From NCBI GenBank assembly GCA_013239625.1, contig MU054400.1, positions 2,702,282 to 2,766,281 on the forward strand: a stretch of 64,000 nt of DNA. The letters are read 5' to 3'. The notes beneath the pieces are model-generated. The model had not been told where the DNA came from and did no database searches. It saw only the letters and a list, made by a program, of their open reading frames with translations. Source of the stretch: Lama guanicoe (Eukaryota). Positions 1 to 13,754 of this stretch are shown here, piece by piece. Position 1 is the first letter of the stretch. Every line of letters starts with the position of its first letter. The translations under genes were made by a program, and so were the position numbers.

Positions 1-50
1 ATTTGCTTATTATTTGGCCTTTTACAGGAAAAGTTTATTAACTCCTGATC
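1..50. mobile_element. End of a MER58-like hAT non-autonomous DNA transposon
   Basis: tatttggccttttacaggaaaagttt...actcctg resembles the MER58 terminus. Confidence 0.45.
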
Positions 51-169
51 CGTTTGGAAAAATCACTGGAAATTAATACATTGATTAGTGATCTTGCAAA
101 ATAATGTTGGTGAATTTTTATTTTTTAACGTGCAGTGCATTGCTGAGGTCAGTATGCCAAAAATACACT

Positions 170-200
<31 letters not shown>
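170..200. repeat. (AC)n microsatellite
   Basis: Read directly. Confidence 0.95.
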
Positions 201-204
<4 letters not shown>

Positions 205-1894
205 ACACAACCGAAATAAAACAAAAAAAAAACTTACATTCTCACAACTATCAATTTGAGAAGTTGGAGAAGTTCTATTTATGTTTTTATACAGGAATTC
301 ACCAGATTTGATTTTATAGATCATTGGGAAGATCTTTTTAGCAGATTTCTGTATGATTTTCCCAGGCAGATGTCTTCCATTTGTTCTGTAAATCATGGGG
401 CAAGTTAACAGTGATTCTGACAGCCTCTCTCACAATAAGATGTTAGAAATGACAAAGTGAATTGGGTGAATGTCTTCAGTGCACCCACAGAAGACAAGGA
501 GATTGTCTCCTGTTGACATAGCAAGACTTGTGTGATCATCTAATTTTTTTTATGGCTTTCTTGAGCAATAAGGATCTAAGCAATCTTCAGCCACAGTGCT
601 AAACCTCCATTTGCTTCTGCCAAATTATTACAAACTGCATTCCATCCCTGCGCTTTTGGAATAAGTTAAGACGATGATCACTTTAGGTGTGTGTGGACTT
701 GGCCCATGCATTGTATAATTTTTCACAAACCCTTTCAATTTCACAACATGGCATCTTACTCATATAGAAAGCGTTATTACCATGGTCAAAAACTTAGTGA
801 CTAGGAAAGACTATGCAACTCACAGATAAAACAATAAGCAAAAGTCCTGCATATTTACTGTTTGTAAGACCCTTGCTTCTCACGCACAGCCAGGAATGTT
901 TATTTCTCTCCTTCGGATGACGCTGACAGATTTGGGAGTACACTCATTTCCCAAATTTCGTGGGTGGAAACAGTTGATGTTGCCTGTCTGCCCTACACTC
1001 TGTGCCACATATTTAAAACAGCCTCTCAGTCTCTGAAGGGTAGGAGATTATTTCTTTTGCTGTCAGTGCTATTTTATTAGTCTTCTTTTTAAAAACTGTT
1101 CCTTGTTAAATTCTCTTCATATCCCAGTTTGGTTCTCTAAGGGTCCCTCTGCCCACTGATGCATCAACTCTCCACAAATTACATTGAGGTTGTTCTGCAG
1201 GGATATGGCCAATGAGGTGATGGAATGACTCCCACCTCTCCATACTGCAGGTCTTCCAGCATCTTTCTGATTGGTGGCTTTGCCTGCTGTTTTCAGTGCC
1301 TGGTCTTCTTTGTTAACTTCTGTCTTCTGACTGTCACATTATCCGTGATACCCTAGCAAAGAGACATCCAATTTCTGTTTCCTTCATATCACTTTAGACC
1401 TTCTGTCTGTCTGCCTACTCTTGTTTCCAGAATGCTACATCTAGGTTCATACTTTCTGATGCTGTGCTTAGAAGCATTTTTGGGAAAAGTTTTTCTGTGC
1501 CCACAGTGCGGGAGTGTTGGTGTAATTCCTCTTACCTGCACAAGTGGTATTTCAAGAGAAGGGATTATACTTAAAATACGGATTTTATTATTGAGATGGA
1601 GATTTGGGGGAAATGTCAGGAGAGTGTGAAAGGCACTCTGTGCTCAAATGAGGTTGAGTTTTCCAGTGAACAAAACTTTAGAAACTGTTTCGTCAATGGT
1701 GTGAAACCATGTGGTTGTGGGATTAATAAGGAAAAAGCTCTGGGGAGAGAGTTTGGTTTAACAAAGGGCTCAGAAATGAAAGATAAATCGGATGAGGTTT
1801 GCTTGAGATAAAAGGAGGACTCAGGGGACTGAGAAGCTCATTTTCCTCAAAAAGCACAGTTGAAGAATGAGAAGGGGCTGGAACGGGGGTTTCC

Positions 1895-2075
1895 ATTTAC
1901 TGTGGCTCAGTGAAGAGAGCAAGGGCTTTGGAATCTAAGACTTGCATTTTGGTTCCACCCTGATGGCCTGTATGAGTTTGGTCAAGTTACTTCAAAGCCT
2001 CAATTTCCTTGTCTGTCACAGGAACACAGAACTATCAATGTGGTAAGCTTCACGTGAAGACTAAATGCTCGATGT
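1895..2075 (+). mobile_element. MIR SINE fragment
   Basis: ggctttggaatc...tttggtcaagttactt...gcctcaatttccttgtctgt, MIR core-like. Confidence 0.6.
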
Positions 2076-3599
2076 GAAGGAGGTACAGAAGTAACACCAC
2101 TTGAATTTTTAACATTGTTTTACAGGCTTCATCCAGAGTTGTTTTCGAGTGTCCACAATGCATATACCATTGAGCACCAAATCTCCCTTTGTATTTGAAT
2201 TTCTAGTATCTTGGTAAATACTTCCACTGTGCTGCTATTCTCTGAATGGGCAACTTCTCCAATATGCAGTAAAAAATTCCATAAGTGGAAACATCTGAGG
2301 GGCTATCCCAGTGAACTGGAACCCTGGTTATTTTAACCGCTGTTATTACAACTTCCTAATGTATGTGAAGTCACCCTCCGGTCTAGAGTTTATGGCCAGT
2401 GGAGCACACATGACTGTTCCTTGCATATTCTCTGTTGGACGCTGCGCATAATGAAGATGGGGCTGAGTGACCCAACTACCTATCTTGGCAGCTGATTTTT
2501 TGAATAAATCTCTGGTGGAAGCTTAGCTTGTGTTAGTTTTCTCTTTCTCCTAGTAAAGGGAATACAGACAAGTGGTAGTTATTTCGGCTTTGGTAAAGCA
2601 CTTCTAATGATGTTTTGACTGCTTAATTTAAAAAGTGGCTTGCATCTCCTTCCAAGGAGGTTGTTGGTCTTCTCATTATGTTAGAGAAAGGTGTAAGAAT
2701 GACTCAGTTATCTACCTCAGACAGCCATTAACACAAGAGACCACCCTAGAAGCCTGTGCCAGGAGCAGGTGGAAGCAGTATTTGCTTGTGAGGAGCACTG
2801 TGGGTACGTGCAAGGATTCTGTGGGGAGTTCAGGGCAAGAGGGGCATTTCTGTGGAGCATTTCCGCGGGGCATTTAGTGAGGATGTTGGGTGAAATAAAC
2901 CCTGTTCTCCATCTTGGGTTAGAAATGGATCTTTCATAAATATTTAGTGGGCTTGCTTCACCTTCATGGCATTTTTATGATGACTGAGTCTTCTTATAAC
3001 CCACGTGTGCCACTGAGAGGCCAAAGTTAGGACAGTTGGGGGTGTCACCAAGGAAAAGATGTGTTACTGGATCTATTCCCCCCATGATGCAACTGAATTT
3101 CTTCTCTAAATTCCTGTGCTGCAAAGAAAGATGAGTAGAAAACTGCATGGAAGCTATGAGTGGTGCTGTAACTCAGCCTTAGCTTCTTGTAAGGGGGAAT
3201 TTAATGGGAGACTTTCCTTCTTTTTGTGGCTCTATTTGGTGAATTAGTTCATCTACAAGGAGGGGAGAATTGAGGTCTGAATAAATTACAATGCATACTG
3301 TTACATGCAGTGAATAATTTTCAGGACAATATCAGTGTAAGTAACAAGAATAATATCTGGCAAAACATATGGGATCACACCACAATGTGAGAGCATTTTT
3401 CAATTTTGTAGAAATTTCAGCATCTTTCTGAAAGCTAACAAATTACAGTTTTCTGGTAGTTCCTGCACATAGAGGTTCCACACAGAACCTTCTGTGTCCC
3501 ACACTCCAGATACTTCAATCCCATGTTGCCTCCTGCTGCATCTCCTCTTAAATTCTTTAACAGGTAACTTCCACATTCAGGAAAAGTGCCTCTATGAAG

Positions 3600-3980
3600 G
3601 TTAGTGTGTCAGAGACTTGCTACCTGCTCTTCCTCTTCCTGGGCACTCAGCTAAACTGCATGTCCCCAGCCCACCCACTTGTAGGTGGAGTTGTGTGAGC
3701 AGTGCTGGACGAAGAGATGTGTGGTGCTCTAGGATGACCTGGAAAGCATCCTGTTCCGTTAATACCTTCCCTCTTCCCTGCTCTTTGCAGTTGGGTGATG
3801 CCCAAGCAAGCTTGTATTGAAGACAGAATAGACAAGCATGAAGGAGCCTGGATCCCCTGAGTCACCATGGGAGGAGACTCATCCAATCAGGGATATCTGC
3901 TTTGGACTTGGCATAGTGAGAAAGAAGCTTTTATTGTGCTAGACCACTTGCAATCAGGGGTTGTTTTTTTGAGCCTTTAG
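3600..3980 (+). mobile_element. MLT1 (ERVL-MaLR) solo LTR
   Basis: cttcctgggcactcagctaaactgcatgtccccagcc...aaggagcctggatccctgagtcaccatgg...ctaactaataca, typical of old MLT1 LTRs. Confidence 0.7.
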
Positions 3981-4369
3981 CTTGACCTAACTAATACACT
4001 GAGCCACTCACTCCACTGTCTTTGTGAGCATTCATTCATTATTCATCAGCTAATCTCTAAGGCAGGTGACTCACAGTTCACTTAACATGAGGGAAAGTCC
4101 TGAACTGATGGGATTTGGGGGAATGACAAAGACACTTTTGTTCCTGGGATGTTTGACTTAGTTTCTTCTGAGGCCACTGGATTAGTCAGTAAATGTGAAA
4201 ACCACTGTATGAGGTTGTTTAAGTGCAGTCCATTTTGGAGGGAAGGAGAAGGGTCTGGGTTTTCATTTCAGGTGCAGAGGCGCACAGTGTTCTATGTTCT
4301 GTTTCAAAGTGTAGCATAAGGGATATAGTATTATTTATAGTTAATGTGCTGAAATTTGTGAATTTTAAA

Positions 4370-5790
4370 ATGTTTTTATTTTGAAATAATTTCAGACTCA
4401 GAGGGAATTGCAAAAAAAATGTACAACTAGTTAGGTTCCACGGACCCCCCCCCCACCTCCTTCCTCCACAGTGTTGATATTTAGTATTAGTATAGAACTG
4501 TATCAAAACCAGGACATAGACATTGGTATGATGTACAGAGCTGATTCAGATTTCACCAGTTATACCTGCATTCATTTGTATGTGTGTGTGTATGTGTGTG
4601 TGTGTGTGTGTGGTTGCATGAATTATATCAAACATGTAGCTTTGTGTAACTACCCCTCATAATCAAGATGCAGAACTGAGCCATTACCACAAGGATCCTT
4701 CATGCTCCCTCCTTATAGCTACAACCACCCTCCAATCCTTAACGTTCTCTCCCTCCACCCCTTGCCCATCCTTAACCTTTGGCAACCACTAATCTGTTCT
4801 CCATCCCTACAATTTTGTTATTTTGAGAATATTATACAAATGGAATCATACAGTATTTGACTGTTAGAGATTAACTCAGCACAATTCCCTTGAGGTCCGT
4901 CCAAGTTGTCATGTGTATCCATAGTTTATCCTTTTTTATTGCTGAGTAGTATTCCATGGTATAGATATACCACAGTTTGTTTAACTATTCACCCACTAAA
5001 GAAATTTTTGGCTATTATGAATAAACCTGCTATTAATGTATATGTAAGAGTTTTTGTGTGAACATAGGTTTTAATTTCCCTGGGATAAACGCCCAGAAGT
5101 GCAATTGTGTGGTCATATGTTAAGTGTAGTTTTAGTTCTAGAGGAAACTGCCAAGCTATATTGCAGAGTGACTGTTCCATTTTATATTCCAATCAAGAAA
5201 GAATGAGTGAACCTTTTGGTGTTATCATTATTTTTATTTTAGCAATTCAGATAGATGTATAATGATATTTGCATTATGGTTTTAATTGGCATTTTCCTAA
5301 TAGTTAATGATTTTGAACTTTTTCTGAATATTTATTTACTCTCTGTATTTCCTCTCTGGTGAAATATCTGTTCATGTCTTGGCCCACTTTCTGATTGGAT
5401 TGTGTTTTCTTTTCATGTTGAACTTTGAAAAGTTCTTTGTGTAGTCTAGATAGTGTTTTTGTTGGCAGTGTGGTTTGTAAATATGTCTTCCGCTCTGTAA
5501 TTTGTTTTTTCATCCTCTGAGTTCAGGATTTTTCACAAAACAACTTTAATTTTGATCAGGTCCAATTGATCAATTTTTTCTTATGGATTATGTTTTTCAT
5601 GTCAAATCTAAGGATGCTTCACATAGCCCTAGGTCACAAAAATATTCTCTTACGATTTTTTTCTAAAAGTATTTCAATTTTATGTTTTACATTTAAGTCC
5701 GTGTTTCATTTTGACTAAATTTTTGTGAATGGAATGAAGTTAGTCAAGGTTTTTTTTTTTTTGGCTTATAGATGTTTAATTGTGTGAATG
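4370..5790 (-). mobile_element. L1 (L1MB/MC-like) 3' fragment: ORF2 C-terminus + 3'UTR
   Basis: Minus-strand ORFs 4989-5192 (WQFPLELKLHLTYDHTIALLGVYPREIKTYVHTKT) and 5304-5513 (DMNRYFTREEIQ) match the L1 ORF2p C-terminus. Internal (TG)n. Confidence 0.9.
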
Positions 5791-5944
5791 CTTTTTGAAG
5801 AGAGATGAGTTCAGTCATACCATCCATGATGTTACCTTACTTCTGTTTTCACAAACTTTTTTGAGTGAGAGAGAGAACATGGTAGAGGAATAGTCGTTAT
5901 ATCTATTTATGTACCCATGTATTGATACAATTTTGTGTCAGGCA

Positions 5945-6280
5945 TAGGGGAGGGTCTTAAACCAGCAGCCACAGGCCAAATCTGATCTGCATACATATTC
6001 ATCCCACACAGTGTTGTATAAAAAATTTTAAGCCAACTCAAAAAATGTGAAAATTTCATGTGCAAGTGTAGATTTGTGGGTTCTCTTTAAAAATCTGAAG
6101 ATTCAATAAAAGTAGAGCCACATTCCTCCCTGACAACTGTGCCCTTGAATTGAGAGGTTCTTTTGGATGGGACGTGACCTTCCCAGTTCACAACGATCCC
6201 TGTGGCTTCCCGACACTGTGGACCCTTGTCAGTGTCAGCTCCCCTCGGTGTTATCTTCCTGGCATTGTTTTAGTTGTCCA
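5945..6280. mobile_element. hAT-Charlie relic (MER102/Charlie4-like)
   Basis: aaaccagcagccacaggccaaatctg...aaaatctgaagat...gccacattcctcc resembles this family. Family call from memory. Confidence 0.5.
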
Positions 6281-8150
6281 GTGCTTGCTCCTCTCTGGAG
6301 CTCTCTTCAGTCATTTTAGACCACCACGTTTGTGACCACTTTAGGTTTCTCTTCTTGGCCTGCAGTTCTTTCCTTTCCTTCTATTTCCCCTACCTCTCTC
6401 CTTTGCTCTGTCTTCCTCAAGTTATTGATTTAAGGCCATTTTCAAATGTGATTGGCACTAAAAGGTCACCTGGGAGTGGTGGCCTATCTGGGTGTTACTG
6501 GGTCCTATGGGATCTTGACAAGCTCCTGGCATGTAGTACATGATTTAGTGTGGTCAGTTTCCAGTGTGGAGATGGTGGCAGGGTGTGGAGAATGCCCACT
6601 AGGGCTTTGTTTTTAAGCTACTTACCATGCTGTAGTTGTTAAGGGTCCCCTTTCCTGGGTTGGGCCACTGAGCTCAATAATAAAAGCGTAGGTTGTGGCA
6701 TGTCAACATAATTATTCTACGGCACACTTCAAGTCATTTGGAAAAAGAAAAGGCTTTCAACTAAGGGATGACTCATGGCATCCTGGAGAGGGAAGGCCAA
6801 GAAAGAGTCATGCCAAAGGATGGGAAATTTCAAAAGCTTCTGGGAAAACCTAGGTCAAAGAACATCAGACCTGGACTCCAAGGCCTTCTCCCAAATGCCA
6901 CAAATCACTTTTGATATCAAAAGAAACAATGATAACCGTCTTGAGCACAAGATGGCAGTCTTACAACTGCTTCACTTCCTTTGGCCATCTGGTAAAAAGT
7001 GATAGGAAACAGAGCAGAAACAAAACTGCTCGTGTTGCTGAGAAATCTTGAAAAATAAATAGTAATCAAGAAGGATAATGAGGGAAGGAAAGAGATTAAA
7101 AATAAATGTGAGGTTTTTTGTGCTGTGTTTTGCTTTGTTTTAAAATTTGGCTTTATTCATCATCAAGTCTCCGCTAAATACATGTGGGCTTGGGTCCCAT
7201 GTGTGTGTGTTGGCTGTTCTAGAGCAAAGACCCTAGGAAAGTACAGGGCATATAGCAGGAAGGAGAGACCATATGTGTTGGGGAGGAGGCAGGCAAAGGG
7301 CCCTGGTTCTGGGATGGAGAGGGTCTTGGGCTAGGCTATGATGACCTCTTTTCTGTGTTCTTACGAAAATGAGAAATATCTTCTTTATATAAAGAGCTAT
7401 GCCAGACTCTAGCAAGCATTTGGATGGGGCTCCTCTCATAGGCAGATATTAAAAAGAAAGTTAAAAGACTCCTCTCTCTCTCTTTCTTTCTCTTTCTCCT
7501 GTAACCACTGAAATTCGAAATGAAGGAGAAAGCTAATTACTCTGGAACACCCTCCCTTCTGCAAAGAAAGTCATATCCCAGGGAGAAAAGATGAACGAGG
7601 AGAAAGCCCTTTGGCATTCTCCAGTGAGACACCCAATGTAGTCAAGGCAGTGTGGAGGCAACCTGGTCCTTACGGCCAGCTCATAGCTGTGTCAAAAGCC
7701 CCAAAGTAAAGGAAGCTGGCAGACTGCTGCTTCTGGGATGAGGTGAGATCATTCTGTGCCTTCCACTTCTCATGATGGCCAGCTGCAGGGCCGTCTCTCT
7801 CACAGACAGAGAGGTAGCTTCTCCAATGGTTGTTGTTTCTTACATCTTGCCAAATATGGGCTAACTCAACACTTTCAATTCCTGTTGAAGTGATGTTACG
7901 CCTCCATTGCACGACTTTCTTCATTTACAAAATGAGATTAATAAAAACAATACTTCCATTTTTGCAAGGGATATCCTTCCCATGAAGAAAGTTTCAGACA
8001 CTCAAAGTATCTAATTACTCATCCAAGAGTCTTGTGAGATAGAAGACGTGTGAAAACATTATCCCCCTTTGTTAAATGGGCAGTTGCAGGCAGAGAAAGG
8101 CAAGTCGAGACCTTAAACCCACACTGTGTTTTTGCTTCATAAACAATCTT

Positions 8151-8368
8151 ACATTTACAAAACGGAAAGAGACTCACAGACATGGAAAACAAACTTATGG
8201 TTACTGGTTACTGGGGGGAAGGGGTGTGGAGGGAGACACTGGGAGTTTGGGGTTGGCAGATACAAACTACTATGTATAGAATAGATGAACAACAAACTCC
8301 TATTATATAACACAGAGAACTATATTCAGTGGCTTATAGTAGCCTGTAATGAAAAAGAATATGAAGGA

Positions 8369-8416
<48 letters not shown>

Positions 8417-8504
8417 AACTGAATCACTATGCTGTACAACAGAAATGAATACACTTAAATCAACTATACTTCAATAAAAATGCGAAAATGAACAAAGAAA
8501 GAAT
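8151..8504 (+). mobile_element. 5'-truncated L1 3' end with internal (TA)n
   Basis: agactcacagacatggaaaacaaacttatggttac...caactatacttcaataaaaa, (TA)n at ~8372-8412, candidate TSD aacaatctt (8142-8150, 8505-8513). Confidence 0.88.
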
Positions 8505-9639
8505 AACAATCTTGTGATCTTTCTTTGAATATTCTTTGTTCTGTTATTTAGAGAACAAAGAGTTCAGAGGATACTGGAGAAATGGAACCAAAGCTAGTGG
8601 CTGATAATGTCCTGGGGGTTGTAAGATCATTGGGGATGGCTCTCAGGACAGCCCCCCCCCCCCCCCCAAATTTTTTCAAGTTGAAGTTAAAAAGAACTGA
8701 TATTTTTTTGGTTGTGTTTAGGATCTGATAAACTTCTTTGAGGATCATTAGAAATATCCTAGAGTACAGAAAACCCAGAATTAGCTTTATCAACCCTCAG
8801 AAGCTGAATTATCCTTTGGGGACAGACTCTTCTCTTCTCCTTAGCTCACTGATGAGGGTAAGAGGAGATGAGAGGCTGGAGGGCTTCTCCTATTTCCAGG
8901 GCTTTCTTTCTTAATCCATAAGAAATCTTACCCTGCACATAGGAGATGCCTTCCAGTGGCAGAGAAGGTGTACTGAAACTTGTAAAGGGCGATAAGGGAA
9001 AGGCAAAAGCTGCAGTTTCTGTAAAGGGCCTTGCAGAATCTCCAAGGCTTCTGACAGGAAAGAGGTAATTATGTTATAAGGTATGAGGTCAGTTGACCGA
9101 CCATAAAGGTCCTTTAAGAGAGAGAGGAACCACATAGGTGAAAAACTACAGACTCTGAGAAGAGGTGGATTTTCTTCTACAGAATAATCTGTTTTCTGTT
9201 TTCTCTTTGTGGGATGACTTCAGAAGTGCAATTATGATAACGGACTTTGTAAGTCTTCCTGTTCATCAGACTTAGGAAGGAACATTTCTAAGGTCAGATA
9301 AAGCCAAGGACTAGGGTCCCCCAGCAGAAGGAAAGAAGAACAGGATATGTACACACATGAAAGTACTTAGAAAAATTTCAGGACCTTTCAGATGCAGGTC
9401 TTGGCAGGAACCACCAAGCACCCTTCAGACAGGCTGCTGCTTTGCTGAGGGTGGACCAGCCAGACTCTGACTGGAGCAAAGGAAGTAGTGAGAAAGCAGT
9501 CACCATGTCCTCTTAGAGTCTAGTTGTTGGACAAGAGGCCACAAAGGATAATTGGTGCTAATCTGCGGGGAGAGTAGAGGAAAAGTGTAGGCGTGGCCAC
9601 CACTCAAACAACGTGTGGTTCCACCCACAGGCCATGCTG

Positions 9640-9950
9640 TTTCCGGCCTCCTTGCATCTACTCATGCCATCCTCCTTGTCATTCCTCCTGGATAAATGTA
9701 CTGCATCCTTTAAGACTCAGCTCAAGGGTCATCTTCTCCCTGAAACCTGAATCTCCAATGGAGCTCTCCATTCCTTCTTTGTCTCCTCTAGCTCCCAGCA
9801 CATGCCTCCAGTCTTACACTATGTAAATGGAAATGATCTACTTTTGCTTGTCTTCCCATAGGACTACAAGCTTTTAGAAGACAGGAATTATGCCTTATTT
9901 CTGTTTATATTTCCAGTACTAAGCGCTATCTGTGAGTTGACTTGAAGAGA
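9640..9950 (-). mobile_element. L2 fragment
   Basis: catcctttaagactcagctcaagggtcatcttctccctgaaacct...ggactacaagcttttagaagacagg, L2 3'-like. Strand tentative. Confidence 0.55.
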
Positions 9951-10367
9951 ATTGAAGGTCTGATGGCTAAGGACCCCCCACAGCCAAATATCTCACTAGA
10001 AGTCAGGGTATGAGAACTGGTGTTTGTAGCTCTCTACTGGTTTGTAGGTGCTCGTGGTTGTAAGGCAGTCTCAGAGTGCCTTCAAAAATTCCAAGATTAT
10101 ATAAGATATTGCCTTCACAAGCAATAACCATGGATTATTGTTTGTATCATTACAAAAGTTATCCATTTGCTGGAGAGCAACTACTTTACTGATGGACAGT
10201 TAATTAATTAATTATGTAATACTGATAAGGATCTGCAAAGAGAAATATGAGACATGGAGAAGATTTTGTGGCCAACGAAAATGACTTATCTATACGTCCA
10301 TTTCTTTCTTATAAAATCCTAGAATATTAGTGCAGAAAGGGACCGTTGAGGGTATTTTCTTCCTTAT

Positions 10368-10900
10368 TGTTTCAGTTATCCTTTGCCATGTAGCAAAACT
10401 ACTCAAAACTGAGTTGCTTAAAACAACAGCGTTTTACTCTACCTCACAGTTCCCTGGGGCAGGAATTCAGGTAGGGTCAGCCGATTCTTCTGTTCCAAGT
10501 GGCATCAGCATCCATCGCTCGTGGTGTTCAGCTGGTGGATAGAATGGTCTGCAGGATCCCAGAGGCTTCATTTTGTGAGTGGGGTCTAGTCTGGGTCTAG
10601 GTATGACTGGAAGGCTGAGCTTACCTGGGACCATCGACTGAGATAACTTTTCAGCATGGTAGCCTCAAGGGTAGTTGGGCGTCTTATTCTTACACAGTGG
10701 TTCAGGGTTCCAAGAACAAGTCTTAGAGGGCAAGAAGCGGAATCTGCGTCTCCTTTGATGACCTAAATCACATAGTGATTCCTTTGCTACTTTATATTGG
10801 TTGAGGCAGTCACAAGCCTGCCCACATTGCAGGCGAGGAGGCAGAGTCTACTTCTCAGTGGGTGTCAAAGAATCTGTAGCCATGTTTCCAACAACCATGC
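10368..10900. mobile_element. MLT1 (ERVL-MaLR) solo LTR
   Basis: tcagttatcctttgccatgtagcaaaactactcaaaact...gcttaaaacaaca...gtcacaagcctgccca...gtgtcaaagaatctgtagccatgttt. Confidence 0.75.
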
Positions 10901-11481
10901 TCATTTTACAGAGATAGGTAAATGTAAGGCTAAGGGCGGGGTCAGTTATTTTCCTGAAAGTACCACATAAGCTGCTAAGTGGCATAATTGAGACTGAAAC
11001 TCAAGCCTAATGATTTCTATAGCAAAGGTAAGAATATTGCAAGATGCTGTGGATAACCTTCTGCTATGTCAGCTCATTATTACTATTACTCATTATTGTT
11101 ATTTTTAATAAGAGGGAAAAAAGCCTTAGTTAAAACTACTGGAAAGAACAAACACAAACAAGTTAGAGTCCCTATAGAATTTTTTTTTCAGAATGATGGT
11201 CAAAATTTAGAGCTAGCCTCAGAGATGAAAATCAAGGCAGTAGAGTTTGCCACTCACAGTATTATGCACGTATTTATTAATGAAGTCCTGTGTGAAATGC
11301 TGACTTTAGAGTTGGCTGGAGTGAGCAATATGGCAGAAAGGCTGATTTTCCCCAGGGACAGAAAGGGAGGGTGTCAAGGTGTCACCTGAAGTTCAAATTG
11401 TTCATTAAATTTGGTTTTAACTTGAAGATTATGTAGTTAGGAAAATGTAGACTCTATCTTACCGAGGTTCTATTTAGGCAA

Positions 11482-11980
11482 CTATGGCGAATGTTGTGAA
11501 TTGGTCCCCTGTGTCCATTCTTCTTTTCTTCTCCTGAGTAATAGAACCCCCTGCTTTAGATTTCTGAGAACATTTGGTCGGATGTGGTTAAATAACTATA
11601 TTTGCTAACCTCCTTTGCAGTAAAGGTATGGCCACTTGTCTAAGTTCTTACTGGAGAAATGTAAGGGGATGTGAGGGACAACTTCCATATCATTTCCTTG
11701 GAAGGAAAGTATTTGCCTTCCATTTCCTGTCCTCTTTCCTTCCTACAGGCTGGTGAATCAGTACAAGAGGACAAACCCTAGGAAAATGATGGAGGAACAA
11801 GCTGGAAGGAGCCTGAATCTCCTTCCAGGTGGGTAATCCCATGGAGCAGAGCCTTGTAGCCCTCTTGGAATGTGCATTCCCTGTAAACTGTGGCATGAGA
11901 AAGAAAGAAATCTATTTGTTTGAGCTACTGTATTTGGGGGTCTCTTTATTGAAGCAGCTTAACTTCCACCTGATCTAACA
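11482..11980 (+). mobile_element. MLT1 (ERVL-MaLR) solo LTR, MLT1J-like
   Basis: agtaatagaacccc...cctcctttgcagtaaaggtatggccacttgtctaagttct...tttgagctactgtatttgggggtctctttattgaagcagc. Confidence 0.7.
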
Positions 11981-12329
11981 GAAATGGAAGAACTTAGGGA
12001 TATAAGCTTCCAGCACAGGTATTCCCCATCTCTCTTCACTGAAATCACAGCTTTGGAAGAGAAGACATGGGCACAAGAATGAGTAGCCTCTCTTATTAAA
12101 ACAAAGCACAGCACAAAGTTTGAGCATCATCAAGAGCATCTGTAACTGGAAAGGAGCGTCCAGCAACCCTGGTTCAGCCTGAATCTGTCCCCTCAATCCT
12201 CTTTTCTGTTGGGATGCTTCCACTTCAGTCACAGATGATACCATTGTCCTGGCCCCGAGGAAATCATAGATATAGTTTGGATATCATGAGGTCCCTAGGA
12301 TTTGATGGATGGGGAAGGAAGGACACTCA

Positions 12330-13135
12330 TGATAGACCCATGGAAAACCACAAGATTAACCTGGCTGCAGCACTAGAGATCATACTGGCTAAGCATGGGA
12401 TGTTGAGAAGACTGTTATGTATTCTAGACTTCAGAGAACAGATTTTTTTTTGAAGAAAAATATATACAATTCTTTGACTAGCTGACTCTAAAGGAGAATA
12501 TTGATTTGAGAGAGAAGGGAAACTCTAAAATATAAAATTCTGACCACATAGGCATGAATGACCCCCACCCAACAAGGAAGCAATCAGACTTTATGTAAGT
12601 AAGCTGTGGATTTTGGCGTGGAACAAGAAGGAAGTCGGGGTGTTTGAATATAGCAGAGCTTCACAAATCTGGTAGAACTGTGGCAGAAGGACTTAAGCCT
12701 GGAATGCATTTAAATTGTAAAAGAAAATACAGAGGGCACCCCAGAAGGACTATTTGAACCAGGCTTAGTGTCAGAAGAAGAATGAGGAGACAAGCTCAGA
12801 GCTGGGGCAGATGGTGAGACATAGACAGGTCATAGAGACAACATGGTATTATTCGCCTCTTAATCTGTGTCCTTCTCTGTTGAGAAAGGGGTTCTTTACA
12901 CCGGACATGGTAGAGGGAATGTGGTTTACAGGAGTTTGATATCTTAGTTAAGTGAGACCTGAAAGAGATACAACATTTTAAAATGGCCACAAAAATGATA
13001 AAGGTCGTTACTGGGCTTTACTTACGTGATCGAGGAACAACTGATAGTAATACTTGGGGAGAGATGGCACATGGAAGAAAAGAATAGACAATGCCACAGT
13101 TTTCCAAAAAGGAGCAAAAGTGGATTCCAGAATGC
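12330..13135 (+). mobile_element. CR1/L3 LINE ORF2 relic
   Basis: Colinear degenerate motifs ILDFREQIF (~LDFRKADF), ETLKYKILTT (~WxxFKxEILxAQ), VIEEQLIVILGERW (~VIAEPLSIIFEKSW), NATVFQKGAKVDSR (~ANVxPIFKKGKKxDxGNYR). Confidence 0.6.
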
Positions 13136-13754
13136 ACCTACATTATTGCTCATGCTGTTTCTCAGACCACGTCTCACTTGCCTACTCTACTCTTTTTCTC
13201 TCAAAGCCCAGTCTTTCCCCATCAGGGGAAGGGGAATGAGTACAAAATTGGCCAGGAGGGCTGTGGTTGGGTTTCACAAGCCTAAGCTACGAAGGAGGAG
13301 TTTCTATGTAAGGTAACCCAGGGCAACAGGTACCAGAAGTGCAGTTAAGACAAATTCATTTGGAGAAGCTGACATTTAAATATTGGAGAAACAGGGTATA
13401 AAAATGAAAAGGGACCAAAGGAAGAAATGGAGATAAAGGTCAAAAAGCCAGAATATGAGTAGTAGGTTGGCATCAGGTCAAAATGAGAGTAGTACTGGAG
13501 TCAGCGTGAGGGATGAATTCAAGGGTGATTGAGAAAGAAAAAACCCAAAACAAAAACCACAAACAAAATGACAAAAAGCCCCAAACAAAAATTATGAGTG
13601 GGCAATATGAGCTTGGTGTTTATGCAGTTGGGTGTGTGGCACATAGGTGGCTCAGGCCAAGGGTCAAAGAAAACATCATATAGAATTCAGTTTGGTGAAT
13701 TCTTAGCTGGTTAAACAGCTACACTCAATGTAAAGATGGCCAGATACTTCTGTG

